This document shows positions 1 through 12,215 of a stretch of DNA of 64,000 nt, piece after piece. The translations under genes were made by a program, and so were the position numbers. A model generated the notes under the pieces. The model saw nothing but the letters and a program-made list of their open reading frames with translations, was not told the DNA's origin and ran no database searches. Numbering within the stretch: the first letter of the stretch is position 1; each line of letters opens with the position of its first letter. This DNA comes from an uncultured Chloroflexia bacterium (GTDB taxonomy: Bacteria > Chloroflexota > Limnocylindria > Limnocylindrales > CSP1-4): contig CAWEYL010000003.1 of assembly GCA_963813335.1 (NCBI GenBank), positions 160,001 through 224,000 of the forward strand, written 5' to 3'.

Positions 1-1385
1 TAGTCGACGATGAGCTCCGCCAGCGGCATCTCGAAGTGGAGGACGACCCGCGTCGGGTCGAGGTACTCCATGTTGCTGAAGTCGCCGCGGCGGTTGGTCG
101 AGAGCTCCATCAGCGGCCCGATGTACTGGCTGGGCGTGACCACGCTGAGCTTGACCCACGGCTCCTGGATCTCCTCGATGTCGGTGGGGTTCGGGAGCAG
201 CGCCGGATTGTCGACGACGAGCTCGCCGCGGCCGAGCGTCCGGATGACGTGGTATTCGACCGACGGCGCCGACGCGATGAGATCGAGGCTGAACTCGCGC
301 TCGAGGCGCTCCTGCACGATCTCCATGTGGAGGAGGCCGAGGAAGCCGCAGCGGAACCCGAACCCGAGCGCCACCGAGCTCTCCGGCTCGTAGGTGAAGC
401 TGGCGTCGTTGAGGTGGAGCTTCTCGAGCGCGTCGCGCAGGAGCGGGTAGTCCTCGCCGGACACCGGGTAGATGCCGGCGAACACGAGGCTCTTGGCGGG
501 CTGGTAGCCGGGCAGCGGGACATCGGCGGGGCGGGTCGCGCTCGTCAGCGTGTCGCCGACCTGGGCGTCGCGGACACTCTTGAGCCCGGTGGCGACGTAG
601 CCCACCTCGCCCGCGACGAGCTGCTGGACCGGGACCAGCTGCGGCCGGAAGACGCCGAGCTCGAGCGGGTCGGCGGTCACGCCGCTGCCCATCAGCAGGA
701 CCGCGTCGTTGTGGTGGATCGTGCCCTGGGCGAGCCGCACGTAGACGATGACGCCCTTGTACGCGTCGTAGTGGCTGTCGAAGATCAGGCCCTTGAGCGG
801 CGCCTTCGGGTCGCCCTTTGGCGCCGGGATGCGAGCGACGATGGCCTCGAGGATCTCGGCCACGCCGGTGCCGTCCTTGGCACTCGCGAGGAGGACCTCC
901 TCGCGCGGGATGGCGAGGACGTTCTCCAGCTCGTCCATGATCGTCTCGGGGTCCGCGGACGGCAGGTCGATCTTGTTGAGGACCGGGATGAGCGTGAGGT
1001 TCTCGCGCAGCGCGAGGTGGACGTTGGCGAGCGTCTGCGCCTCGATGCCCTGGGTGGCGTCGACGACCAGGATCGCACCCTCGCAGGCCTGGAGGCTGTG
1101 GCTGACCTCGTAGGCGAAGTCCACGTGGCCGGGCGTGTCGATGAGGTTGAGGCCATAGACCAGGCCGTCGTTCGCGGTGTACTCGAGCCGCGCTGAGCGG
1201 GCCTTGATCGTGATGCCCTTCTCGCGCTCGAGGTCCATCGAATCGAGGACCTGGCTGGTCATCTGGCGCGCGTCGATCGTGTGCGTCATCTCGAGCAGGC
1301 GGTCCGCGAGCGTGGACTTGCCGTGATCGATGTGGGCGATGATCGAGAAATTGCGCAGGCGTTGCTGCGGGATGGGTGTGCTCAC
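1..1385 (-). CDS. lepA: Translation elongation factor 4 (LepA), 3' end outside window
   Basis: Minus-strand translation from GTG 1385: [32 protein letters not shown]...[15 protein letters not shown]...[12 protein letters not shown]...[14 protein letters not shown]. Not in the ORF track because it runs off the edge. TACACT -10 lies 8 nt upstream. Confidence 0.97.
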   Translation of the reverse strand, partial: MSTPIPQQRLRNFSIIAHIDHGKSTLADRLLEMTHTIDARQMTSQVLDSMDLEREKGITIKARSARLEYTANDGLVYGLNLIDTPGHVDFAYEVSHSLQACEGAILVVDATQGIEAQTLANVHLALRENLTLIPVLNKIDLPSADPETIMDELENVLAIPREEVLLASAKDGTGVAEILEAIVARIPAPKGDPKAPLKGLIFDSHYDAYKGVIVYVRLAQGTIHHNDAVLLMGSGVTADPLELGVFRPQLVPVQQLVAGEVGYVATGLKSVRDAQVGDTLTSATRPADVPLPGYQPAKSLVFAGIYPVSGEDYPLLRDALEKLHLNDASFTYEPESSVALGFGFRCGFLGLLHMEIVQERLEREFSLDLIASAPSVEYHVIRTLGRGELVVDNPALLPNPTDIEEIQEPWVKLSVVTPSQYIGPLMELSTNRRGDFSNMEYLDPTRVVLHFEMPLAELIVD

Positions 1386-1543
1386 GACGCCGGAGTGTAG
1401 TCGTCGGACCTTCACGACGCCGTCGTGCGCTCACGCAGGATCACCATGGTCGGAAGAAGGCCGTGCCCAAGCCATTGCGTCCGGCGACGGGTCCAATGGG
1501 CCATTGCGTCGGGTCGTGGTGAAGTTGAACATGGCAGCGGGCG

Positions 1544-1915
1544 ATGCTCACGCGTACCCGCTGGTCGATCTTCGTCCTCGTCGCCACTGTGACGGTGGCA
1601 GGCGCTCTTGCAGGCTGCATGCGAGAGGATCAAGGCGAGGGCATGACGATCTGGAACCAGACCTCGGCGACCGTCGACGTCAACTACCGACGGATCGTTG
1701 GCACGACCGAGATGGAGGACCCCGTCATGACGGTCCCTCCCGGCCAGCGGGTCAACGTCGTCGGCCTGCACCAGGCCGAAGGGAAATGCATCCGCGGCAC
1801 CCTGGTCGCGATCCTGGACGGCCGGACGATCGCCACGCTGTCGCAGCCGTGTCGGGGCGTCGAGTGGGTGATCACGAGCCCGGAGATGTCCGTGTCCAGG
1901 GTCTCACCGTCATAG
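1544..1915 (+). CDS. Hypothetical lipoprotein
   Basis: Basic N-terminus, hydrophobic stretch and LAGC lipobox; two further Cys; fills the intergenic gap. Confidence 0.65.
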   Translation: MLTRTRWSIFVLVATVTVAGALAGCMREDQGEGMTIWNQTSATVDVNYRRIVGTTEMEDPVMTVPPGQRVNVVGLHQAEGKCIRGTLVAILDGRTIATLSQPCRGVEWVITSPEMSVSRVSPS

Positions 1916-1942
1916 CCGCGGGCGCCATCCGGCGGCGGCCGC

Positions 1943-2626
1943 TCAGGCGCCGAGGCCGAACCCGAACGCCGACATCGCCTTGAGCAGGAACCAGATCCCG
2001 AACACGAGGCTGATGGCGATCATCACCACGCGGCTGTGGCGCGTGAGCGCGTCACCCGCTCGGGCGAGCAGCACGTCGGCCCGGGCGGGCGAGACGACCG
2101 CTGCCAGCAGCGCGAGGAGATGGAGCGCCTCGGCCGCCACGACCCAGACGACGAACACGGCCCAGCCCGCCGCCGGGGCCAGCTCGGCGTCCTGGATCGC
2201 CCCGATCGCCCCGAGCGTGAAGGCCCAGAGCTTGGGGCTCAGGGCGACGAGCCCGGCGCCCATGAGGAACGCGCGACCCGCGCCGATGCCGTCGACCATC
2301 GTCATCCAGCGCGGTGGCGGGGCGTCCTCGTCCGGCTGGTTCGCGACCTTGCGCGCCGCCGAGACCAGGAGCAGCACGCCGACGACCAGGAGGAGGGCGC
2401 CCTCGACGGGACTGATGCCGGTGGCGGCATCGTCCATCGCCCGCTCGAGGATGAGCCCGAACACCGCGTACTGGACGAGCCGCACGAGGGTCATGCCCGC
2501 GATCCAGGCCCCGGCCCTGGCCCGACCGCCTGCCGACCGGAGCATCAGGATCGTGATCGCGACCTGGATCGGCAGCACGGCCGTCGCGATGGCGAGCGGG
2601 ATGAGCGTCGTCCAGAGCTCGGTCAT
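1943..2626 (-). CDS. GAP/Sap-family (LysE-superfamily) membrane protein
   Basis: About six TM segments; PxxxxITILML N-terminal pattern, PPRWM loop, LSPK motif. Confidence 0.75.
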   Translation of the reverse strand: MTELWTTLIPLAIATAVLPIQVAITILMLRSAGGRARAGAWIAGMTLVRLVQYAVFGLILERAMDDAATGISPVEGALLLVVGVLLLVSAARKVANQPDEDAPPPRWMTMVDGIGAGRAFLMGAGLVALSPKLWAFTLGAIGAIQDAELAPAAGWAVFVVWVVAAEALHLLALLAAVVSPARADVLLARAGDALTRHSRVVMIAISLVFGIWFLLKAMSAFGFGLGA

Positions 2627-2703
2627 GGTCGGTCAGTGTGCCTGACGGATCGTCGGCCTCGTGCGGCCCCTTGTCCCTGCCTCGTGGATCGGCTGGCCGC
2701 CGC

Positions 2704-2747
2704 TTGACAGCGGCCGCCGGTGGCGCTATATCGTGACGCGATATAGC
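2704..2747 (+). promoter_or_regulatory. Sigma70-like promoter with overlapping palindromic operator
   Basis: TTGACA (2704-2709), 17 nt, TATATC. Inverted repeat GCTATATCG-tgacg-CGATATAGC (2725-2747) covers the -10. GGGAGG RBS precedes ATG 2764. Confidence 0.65.
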
Positions 2748-2763
2748 CTGCCGGGAGGTAGAC

Positions 2764-3324
2764 ATGCGGACCGTCGTCCACGGCTGGAGCAGCCTCGGGT
2801 TCCTCTCGAGGGTCGCGATCCTCGTGCTGACCGGGGTCGCCTGGGCCGCGCGCTCGCTGCAGTCGATCCTCCTCGACCCCGACTACTGGGACCCCGTGAC
2901 GGCCAACGACTACGTCTCGATCTACCTCTACAGCCTCGCGTGGCTGCTGACGGCCGTCTCGCTCCTGATCCTGCGCGAGGTGGCCCGCCCGGCGCGCGAC
3001 CTCTCGGTCGCCATCGTCGTCGTCGCTGTCGCGTGCGTGGTGACCGGTGTCGCGAACGGGATCGAGGATGCCCTGGGGGTCAGCGGGTTCGGCATGGTGT
3101 ACGTCATCGGCATCCTGACGAGCGTCATCGGGATGATCGCGATCGCCGCCATGCTTCGAGGGACGCCAGCCGGCCGACTGGCGTTCGTACCCGCGATCGG
3201 CGCCCTCACGATGCTCCTGATGGTCCTCGGTGGCGGCATCCTCGGCCTGGCGGCCTGGGGCGGGTTCGCGGCGGTCCTGGCCCGCGAACGGTCGAAGCCC
3301 AGCGGATCGCCGGCGGCCGCCTGA
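2764..3324 (+). CDS. Hypothetical integral membrane protein
   Basis: 5-6 hydrophobic segments; strong RBS and promoter. Confidence 0.75.
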   Translation: MRTVVHGWSSLGFLSRVAILVLTGVAWAARSLQSILLDPDYWDPVTANDYVSIYLYSLAWLLTAVSLLILREVARPARDLSVAIVVVAVACVVTGVANGIEDALGVSGFGMVYVIGILTSVIGMIAIAAMLRGTPAGRLAFVPAIGALTMLLMVLGGGILGLAAWGGFAAVLARERSKPSGSPAAA

Positions 3325-3333
3325 CCGCCACGT

Positions 3334-4278
3334 TCAGGCGGCCTGGGCCGCCAGGACCGTGACGCCGACGATGATCAGGATCACGCCGGCCACCTGGATC
3401 CGCGCGAGCCGCTCCCCGAACAGGACGTAGGCCGCGACCGCGCTGATGGCGGCGAACTGGCTGCCCATGACCGCGACGATCGGGATGCTCTCGCGGGCGC
3501 CCCATGCCGAGGCCGTCGCACCGAGCATCTCGCCGATCCCGGCGATGACCAGCAGCGGCAGCGCCGCGCGCGTCGTGCGCAGGCGGCCGGACAGCGCGAC
3601 GGGCAGCGTGATGATCCCGACGCCGACCACCCGCGCGGCGAGCGCCACCCACACCGGCGGCAGGACCGCGGCCGCCCGGCCGCTGGCGACGAGCCCGACG
3701 CCGAAGATGAGTGCCGCGCCGACGGCCAGGATCGCGCTCTTGCGGAGGTCGCCCGGCGCCATCGGCGGCGTGTGGGTCATCGGCCCGGGCGCCTCGGCCA
3801 CCTCGGGGAGCGGCGCGTCGAGCGCCCCGGCGACCAGCCCGAGATCGCCGACCGGGACGTCGGTGGTGGCGCGCTCGATCGATGACATGACCACGCCCGT
3901 GGCGATGATGGCCAGCGCGAGGCCCGCCAGCAGGCCGACGGTATCGCCGAGTGCGATGGCGATGACGGCGGCGACCGCGCCTTCGGTCGCGACGATCGGG
4001 GCGACGATCGAGACCTTGCCGATCGTGAGCGCCGCGTAAGCGAGCATCAGACCGAGGCAGTAGCAGAGCCCCGCGACGAGCAGCAGCACGAAGACGAAGG
4101 GGTCGAACGTCGGGGGGAGCGCGGTGGCGAGCGCAAGCGGCAGGCCGACGACCGTCCCGATGACCATGACCCATGCCAGCACGACGATCGAGCCGAGCAT
4201 CCGGCTCGAGCGCGACGAGCTGAGCGTGGCAGCCGACCACAGGACGGCCGCGGCGAGGCCGCCGAGGATCGCAGTCAC
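3334..4278 (-). CDS. EamA/DMT-family transporter
   Basis: Two EamA halves (GKVSIVAPI..., LFGERL...GV). Start placed at GTG 4278, 6 nt after a CACACT -10; the ORF track starts it at 4347. Confidence 0.88.
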   Translation of the reverse strand: MTAILGGLAAAVLWSAATLSSSRSSRMLGSIVVLAWVMVIGTVVGLPLALATALPPTFDPFVFVLLLVAGLCYCLGLMLAYAALTIGKVSIVAPIVATEGAVAAVIAIALGDTVGLLAGLALAIIATGVVMSSIERATTDVPVGDLGLVAGALDAPLPEVAEAPGPMTHTPPMAPGDLRKSAILAVGAALIFGVGLVASGRAAAVLPPVWVALAARVVGVGIITLPVALSGRLRTTRAALPLLVIAGIGEMLGATASAWGARESIPIVAVMGSQFAAISAVAAYVLFGERLARIQVAGVILIIVGVTVLAAQAA

Positions 4279-4398
4279 GTGCCAAGTGTGGCGGGTGCGA
4301 TGTGTTGCCGTCGCCGGTTCGTCGATTCGTCGACTCGTCGAGTCCAAGGTGCGCGAGTGGCAGGCAATGCGACTGTCCTGTGAGACCTCGCCGTTTCG

Positions 4399-4575
4399 GT
4401 CAGATGACCCTCAGGTGGTCACTCGTCACCGAACGAACGGCGGAGTCCTGTCGATCGAACCTGCCTCGTGCGTGGACCCCGGCCGGACTGGCCACGGGAC
4501 CTGCCAGATGCGCGCCTGGTGATTCATCTGACAGGAATGTCGTGACCAACGACCGCCTGACGAGCATCTGACAGG
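4399..4575. repeat. Palindromic intergenic element, copy A (REP/MITE-like or structured RNA)
   Basis: Imperfect terminal inverted repeats (TCAGATGaccc-TCAGG-tGGTC / GACC-gCCTGA-cgagCATCTGA) and an internal CAGATG-N14-CATCTG hairpin; homologous to 58957-59113 in the opposite orientation. Confidence 0.75.
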
Positions 4576-4748
4576 AACCAGTCCTGCGTCGCAGGCTGCT
4601 GGTCGGCGCAGCCGATCCCTGCCCCTCGCGGTCCCTGCTGCTCCCGGTCCGGCCGGGGACCTGTGGTACCATCCGCCTTCGCGTCCGGCGCTCACCCCGT
4701 GCCGCGCGTCACGTCGACCACCACCATCACACCAGAGGTCAGCCCACC

Positions 4749-5408
4749 TTGGCCAAGACGCCCCGCACCTGGACGGGCGCTCGTACGCCGTCAGGACTCA
4801 AGCGAGTCCGTCAGGCCGCGAGCCGCCGTGAGGTCCTCCAGCCGCGCCGCAGTGCCGCGAAGACGTACGTCGCGAAGGCCCTCATGGCCGCATCCGCGCC
4901 GGCCGACGAGGGACTCGATGCGAACTTCGCCCTCCTCGAGGCGCTGAGCGCGCTCGATCGGGCGGCCAAGGCTGGTGCCATCCACCCGAACGCCGCCGCT
5001 CGCCGCAAGTCGCGCCTGACCCGCAAGGTCAACGCCGCGGTCGGTGGCGCGCACGTCCAGGTCGGTGGCCGCGTCGTCAAGACGACCGGCAAGGCCGCGG
5101 CCGCCAAGGCTGCCAAGGCCCGCATCGCGGCCGGCAAGGCCGACAAGGCCAAGGGCGCCCAGACCGCCGCCGGCAAGGCTCGCGCCGCGCTGAGCAAGAC
5201 GGCCCGCGCCGAGGCCGCCGCCGCCAAGGCCGCCGCCGCCGCAGCCGCGGAGACCACCACGGCCAGGGCCGCGACGAAGGCCCCGGCCAAGGCACCGGCG
5301 AAGAAGTCGACGGCGAAGGCGACCGCCGCCCCGAAGAAGACGGCGACGAAGGCCCCCACCGCGACCGCCAAGGCCGCCCCAAAGGCGAAGAAGGCCGACG
5401 CCAAGTAA
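4749..5408 (+). CDS. rpsT: 30S ribosomal protein S20 with long Ala/Lys-rich C-terminal extension
   Basis: SGLKRVRQ...RSAAKT...LDRAAKAGAIHPNAAARRKSRL is the S20 signature. TTG start with GAGG RBS; extended -10 TGGTACCAT upstream. Confidence 0.93.
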   Translation: MAKTPRTWTGARTPSGLKRVRQAASRREVLQPRRSAAKTYVAKALMAASAPADEGLDANFALLEALSALDRAAKAGAIHPNAAARRKSRLTRKVNAAVGGAHVQVGGRVVKTTGKAAAAKAAKARIAAGKADKAKGAQTAAGKARAALSKTARAEAAAAKAAAAAAAETTTARAATKAPAKAPAKKSTAKATAAPKKTATKAPTATAKAAPKAKKADAK

Positions 5409-5426
5409 CGGTCACCAGCCCACGAC

Positions 5427-5456
5427 GACGCCCCGACCGACGGTCGGGGCGTTTCG
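5427..5456 (+). terminator. Intrinsic terminator-like hairpin after rpsT
   Basis: ACGCCCCGACC-gac-GGTCGGGGCGT followed by TTCG, between convergent genes. Confidence 0.7.
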
Positions 5457-5490
5457 ATTCGTGGCGGGTTCGGGCGGCCAGCGGCCGGCG

Positions 5491-8674
<3,184 letters not shown>

Positions 8675-8696
8675 GGCAGCCTCGATCCCGCGGCCG

Positions 8697-9716
8697 TCAG
8701 GCCGCGACGGGCAGGCGGGCCGCCACGAAGGCGATGAGGTCCGCGATGCGGCAGCTGTAGCCCCACTCGTTGTCGTACCAGGCGATGACCTTGACCATGT
8801 TCCCGCCCAGGACCATGGTCGACGCGGCGTCGATGATCGACGAGCGCGAGTCGCCCTTGAAGTCCATCGAGACGAGCGGCTCGTCGGAGACGCCGAGGAT
8901 GCCCTTGAGCGGGCCGGCGGCCGCCGTGCGGAACGCCGCGTTGAGCTCCTCGACGGTGGTCGGCCGGCTGACCGTCGCGGTGAAGTCGACGACGCTGACC
9001 GTCGGGGTCGGGACGCGCAGGCTGAAGCCGTCGAACTTGCCCTTCAGGTCCGGGATGACCAGGGCGAGGGCCTTCGCCGCGCCGGTCGTCGTCGGGATGA
9101 TGTTCTGGCCGGCGCTGCGAGCGCGGCGCGGGTCCTTGTGGGCGACGTCCAGGATGCGCTGGTCGTTGGTGTAGCTGTGGATGGTGTTCATCAGCCCCAG
9201 CTCGATGGTGAGCAGGTCGTGGACGACCTTCGCCGCGGGGGCCAGGCAGTTGGTCGTGCAGCTGGCGTTGCTGATGACGTGATGGGTCGCCGGGTCGTAG
9301 CGGTCCTCGTTGACGCCGAGGACGATCGTGATGTCCTCGTGCTTCGCGGGGGCGCTGATGATGACCTTCTGGGCGCCGGCCGCGATGTGCGCCTTGGCCT
9401 TCTCGGCGTCGGTGAAGAGGCCCGTGCTCTCGAGCACGATGTCGACGCCCAGGTCGCCCCACGGCAGGTTCGCCGGGTCCCGCTCGGCGAGGATCTTGAT
9501 CTCGCGCCCGTCGATGACGATCGAGGAATCGCCCGCCGCGACCTCGCCCGGGTAGGCACCGTACGTCGAGTCGTGCTTGAACAGGAGGGCGTTCATCTCC
9601 GCGTCGACGAGGTCGTTGACGGCGACGACCTCGATGTCGGGGGCGCGCTCGATGAGGGCCTTGAGCGACTGGCGGCCGATGCGGCCGAAACCGTTGATGC
9701 CGACGCGGGTGGACAT
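8697..9716 (-). CDS. gap: Glyceraldehyde-3-phosphate dehydrogenase, type I
   Basis: [39 protein letters not shown]. Confidence 0.98.
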   Translation of the reverse strand: MSTRVGINGFGRIGRQSLKALIERAPDIEVVAVNDLVDAEMNALLFKHDSTYGAYPGEVAAGDSSIVIDGREIKILAERDPANLPWGDLGVDIVLESTGLFTDAEKAKAHIAAGAQKVIISAPAKHEDITIVLGVNEDRYDPATHHVISNASCTTNCLAPAAKVVHDLLTIELGLMNTIHSYTNDQRILDVAHKDPRRARSAGQNIIPTTTGAAKALALVIPDLKGKFDGFSLRVPTPTVSVVDFTATVSRPTTVEELNAAFRTAAAGPLKGILGVSDEPLVSMDFKGDSRSSIIDAASTMVLGGNMVKVIAWYDNEWGYSCRIADLIAFVAARLPVAA

Positions 9717-9742
9717 TCGAGACCTCCTGGTTGGTTGGGCGA

Positions 9743-10807
9743 TCAGGCGGGTAGGGCGTGTGCGGATGGGCCGTCCGATCGTGCGCTCGGCCCTGGGGGA
9801 CGGACAGGCCCATCGGTCGCGTTCGCAGGGTCCGAATGGACGTTGACCAGCGGATAGGCACCGGCGAGCGAGACGTCCCCACCGAGGAGCGGGGCGAGGA
9901 TCTCGACGCGGCGGGCGACCCCCTCGAACGCCTCGCTGGCGATGGCCTCGCGGACCGGCCCGAGGAGCCGCTCCCCCTGCGCGTCGGCGATGGCCCCGCC
10001 GATGATGACCCGGTGCGGGTTGAAGGTGTTCACGAACCCGACGCAGGCGACCGCGATCGCGCGACGGGCGCGGGTCATGAGCGCGCTGCAGGTCGGGTCG
10101 CCGGCGTCCTCGCCGGCTGCCACGTCCCGCGCGGAGAGCGCGTCGCTGCCGACGTCGGCGGCGCGCGCAGCCAGGGTCCCGCGATCGCCGGCATCGACCG
10201 CCGCGCGTGCGTCGCGGGCCAGGGCGGTGCCGGATGCGACCGCCTCAAGGTGACCGATGCCGCCACAGCCGCAGCGCGGCCCGTCCATCATCACCGGGAC
10301 GTGCCCGAGCTCGCCGGCGAGCCCGTCCGGCCCGTGGAAGAGGCGGCCGCCGCTGACGATGCCGCCGCCGATCCCGGTCGAGACGGTCAGGTAGATGAAG
10401 TCGTCGCAGCCGCGGCCGGCCCCGAAGGTCGATTCGCCCAGGGCGGCGACGTTGGTGTCGCGGTCGAGGAAGGTCGGCAGGCCCAGCGCCGCCTCGACGT
10501 CACGGGCGAGCGGGATGTGGTGGAACTCCGGTCCGAGGTTCGGCGGCTCGACGACGGTCCCCGTGAAGGGATCCACCGGGCCGGGCGCAGAGATGCCGAT
10601 CCCGGCCAACCGGTCGACCACGTCCGCCGGGGCGGCGGATCGGGCCGTCCGGAGCGCGGCGATGCACGCTGCGACGACCGCCGCAGGCCCATCGGCGCAT
10701 GGCGTGACGGTGGCATTACGGGCGAGTCGCGAACCGTCCGGGAGGACGACCGCGGCCCGGATGTGGGTCCCGCCCAGGTCGAGAGCGAGGACCGGTCGTG
10801 GGGACAG
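9743..10807 (-). CDS. ROK-family sugar kinase (glucokinase-like), probable CTG start
   Basis: The frame extends upstream of the tracked ORF to [16 protein letters not shown]; also [39 protein letters not shown]. Confidence 0.9.
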   Translation of the reverse strand: MSPRPVLALDLGGTHIRAAVVLPDGSRLARNATVTPCADGPAAVVAACIAALRTARSAAPADVVDRLAGIGISAPGPVDPFTGTVVEPPNLGPEFHHIPLARDVEAALGLPTFLDRDTNVAALGESTFGAGRGCDDFIYLTVSTGIGGGIVSGGRLFHGPDGLAGELGHVPVMMDGPRCGCGGIGHLEAVASGTALARDARAAVDAGDRGTLAARAADVGSDALSARDVAAGEDAGDPTCSALMTRARRAIAVACVGFVNTFNPHRVIIGGAIADAQGERLLGPVREAIASEAFEGVARRVEILAPLLGGDVSLAGAYPLVNVHSDPANATDGPVRPPGPSARSDGPSAHALPA

Positions 10808-10972
10808 GATGGACTCCGGTGGTCTTCGACGCTGGAAAGCCCCGCCATTCTAGCAAAGCCGGGGTGCCCTCCCGGGGTTGCGGACGGGTCGTCGTGCGGT
10901 GATGGCGCGGTCGCGGGACCGCGCGGAGGACCCGCCAGGGCCGGCGTGGTCGGGGCGTCGGCCGGGAATCGA

Positions 10973-11002
10973 CAGGGCCCCCGCCGTCTGGCGGAGGCCC
11001 TG
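10973..11002 (-). terminator. GC-rich hairpin downstream of the small Zn-ribbon gene
   Basis: CAGGGCCcCCGCC-gtct-GGCGGaGGCCCTG inverted repeat. Confidence 0.55.
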
Positions 11003-11027
11003 AAGGCTTCGCGTCGCGAGGGTCGCG

Positions 11028-11168
11028 TCAGGCGCCGATCCGGAAGACCTTCCCGCCGCAGATCGGGCAGGTGCCCTGCATGGCCGGCTTGCCATTCTTC
11101 ATCGTGATCCGCGTCGGATTGACGACTTCGACCTTCTTCTTGTCCTTGACGCAATACGCCTCGGCCAT
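11028..11168 (-). CDS. Small basic Zn-ribbon-like protein (DUF5679-like), 46 aa
   Basis: MAEAYCVKDKKKVEVVNPTRITMKNGKPAMQGTCPICGGKVFRIGA, read manually; strong GAGGAGGAG RBS. Confidence 0.88.
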   Translation of the reverse strand: MAEAYCVKDKKKVEVVNPTRITMKNGKPAMQGTCPICGGKVFRIGA

Positions 11169-11230
11169 CTGGCTCCTCCTCGGGATGTGCGCGTCACGGG
11201 AACGTTCGTCCCGCGTCCGCCTGGGCTGCC

Positions 11231-12109
11231 TTAGGTGTCTGGTTCGTTCCGCCAGAGGGAGGGTCGCCAGCGATCGGTCGCCGCGGCCCGCTTCTGACGA
11301 TCCATCTCGGCCAGGATGAGCAGGCTCTCAAGACCTGTCTCGACACAGGCCGCCTCGGCCGTATCCTTCGCCTCCCCGCTGACGAACTCGCCAGTCGTCC
11401 GGTTGGCATAGACCGCACAGACGACGCCGGCTCGACAGCTGGCGAGGGTTGCGAGCACGAGGAGTGCCGACGCCTCCATCTCGAAGTTCATGACGCGCTG
11501 CCGCGCCATCTCTTCAGCGAGGTCAGGGTAGCGGATAGGCAGCTGCGGGATCGGGCGTCCCTGCGCGCCGAAGAATCCCGGCGCCGTGGCGGTCACACCC
11601 ACGTGATGGGGGTGCCCGAGCCGCGACGCGGCCTCGATCAGGGCGCTGACGGCCTCGTAGTCCGCGACGGCCGGGTAGCCGTCGTGGACGAAGAAGCTGG
11701 TCGTCGCCTCCAGGCGGACGGCTCCGGTGGTGATGACGAGATCGCCAAGGCGCATCTCCGGCTGGAGCGCCCCGCACGAACCGACCCGGATGAACGTGGG
11801 CCGCTCCGTGATGGCCAGGATCTCCGCGACGACGATCTCGACGTTGTCCGTGCCGATGCCCGTGGAGACGACCGACACGCGTTGGCCGCGGTATCGCCCG
11901 GTGACGGTGGCGAATTCGCGGTGCTGATGCTCCAGCTCGATGGAATCGAGGCGCGTTGCGATGCGGCTGGTTCGGTCGGGGTCACCGGGGAGGAGGATGT
12001 ACTCGGCCAGTTCGCCTGGACCGAGTCCGATGTGGTACTGCCGTTCACCGGCTGGGATCGCGATCCTGCGATCCCGAGGGGATTCGACGCGGGGATCCGC
12101 GTTCGGCAA
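11231..12109 (-). CDS. udp: Uridine/nucleoside phosphorylase
   Basis: QYHIGL, ILLPGDPDR, HREF, STGIG, FIRVGSCG, GFFGAQGR, NFEMEAS. Confidence 0.9.
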   Translation of the reverse strand: MPNADPRVESPRDRRIAIPAGERQYHIGLGPGELAEYILLPGDPDRTSRIATRLDSIELEHQHREFATVTGRYRGQRVSVVSTGIGTDNVEIVVAEILAITERPTFIRVGSCGALQPEMRLGDLVITTGAVRLEATTSFFVHDGYPAVADYEAVSALIEAASRLGHPHHVGVTATAPGFFGAQGRPIPQLPIRYPDLAEEMARQRVMNFEMEASALLVLATLASCRAGVVCAVYANRTTGEFVSGEAKDTAEAACVETGLESLLILAEMDRQKRAAATDRWRPSLWRNEPDT

Positions 12110-12215
12110 GACCGCTCCCTCGCTCGTATCGCCGTTCCGCAGGCGCGAAACTCGGCCGAGGATAGTCCCGCCTTCTCGCGAGCGTCAAGCCGCGTCGATC
12201 GTGCACGGATCGTGC

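Noticed and set aside
4380-4600. Known riboswitch upstream of the EamA gene
   Set aside because: No TPP, SAM, FMN or cobalamin core recognised; EamA looks leaderless, and a homologous sequence lies between convergent genes.
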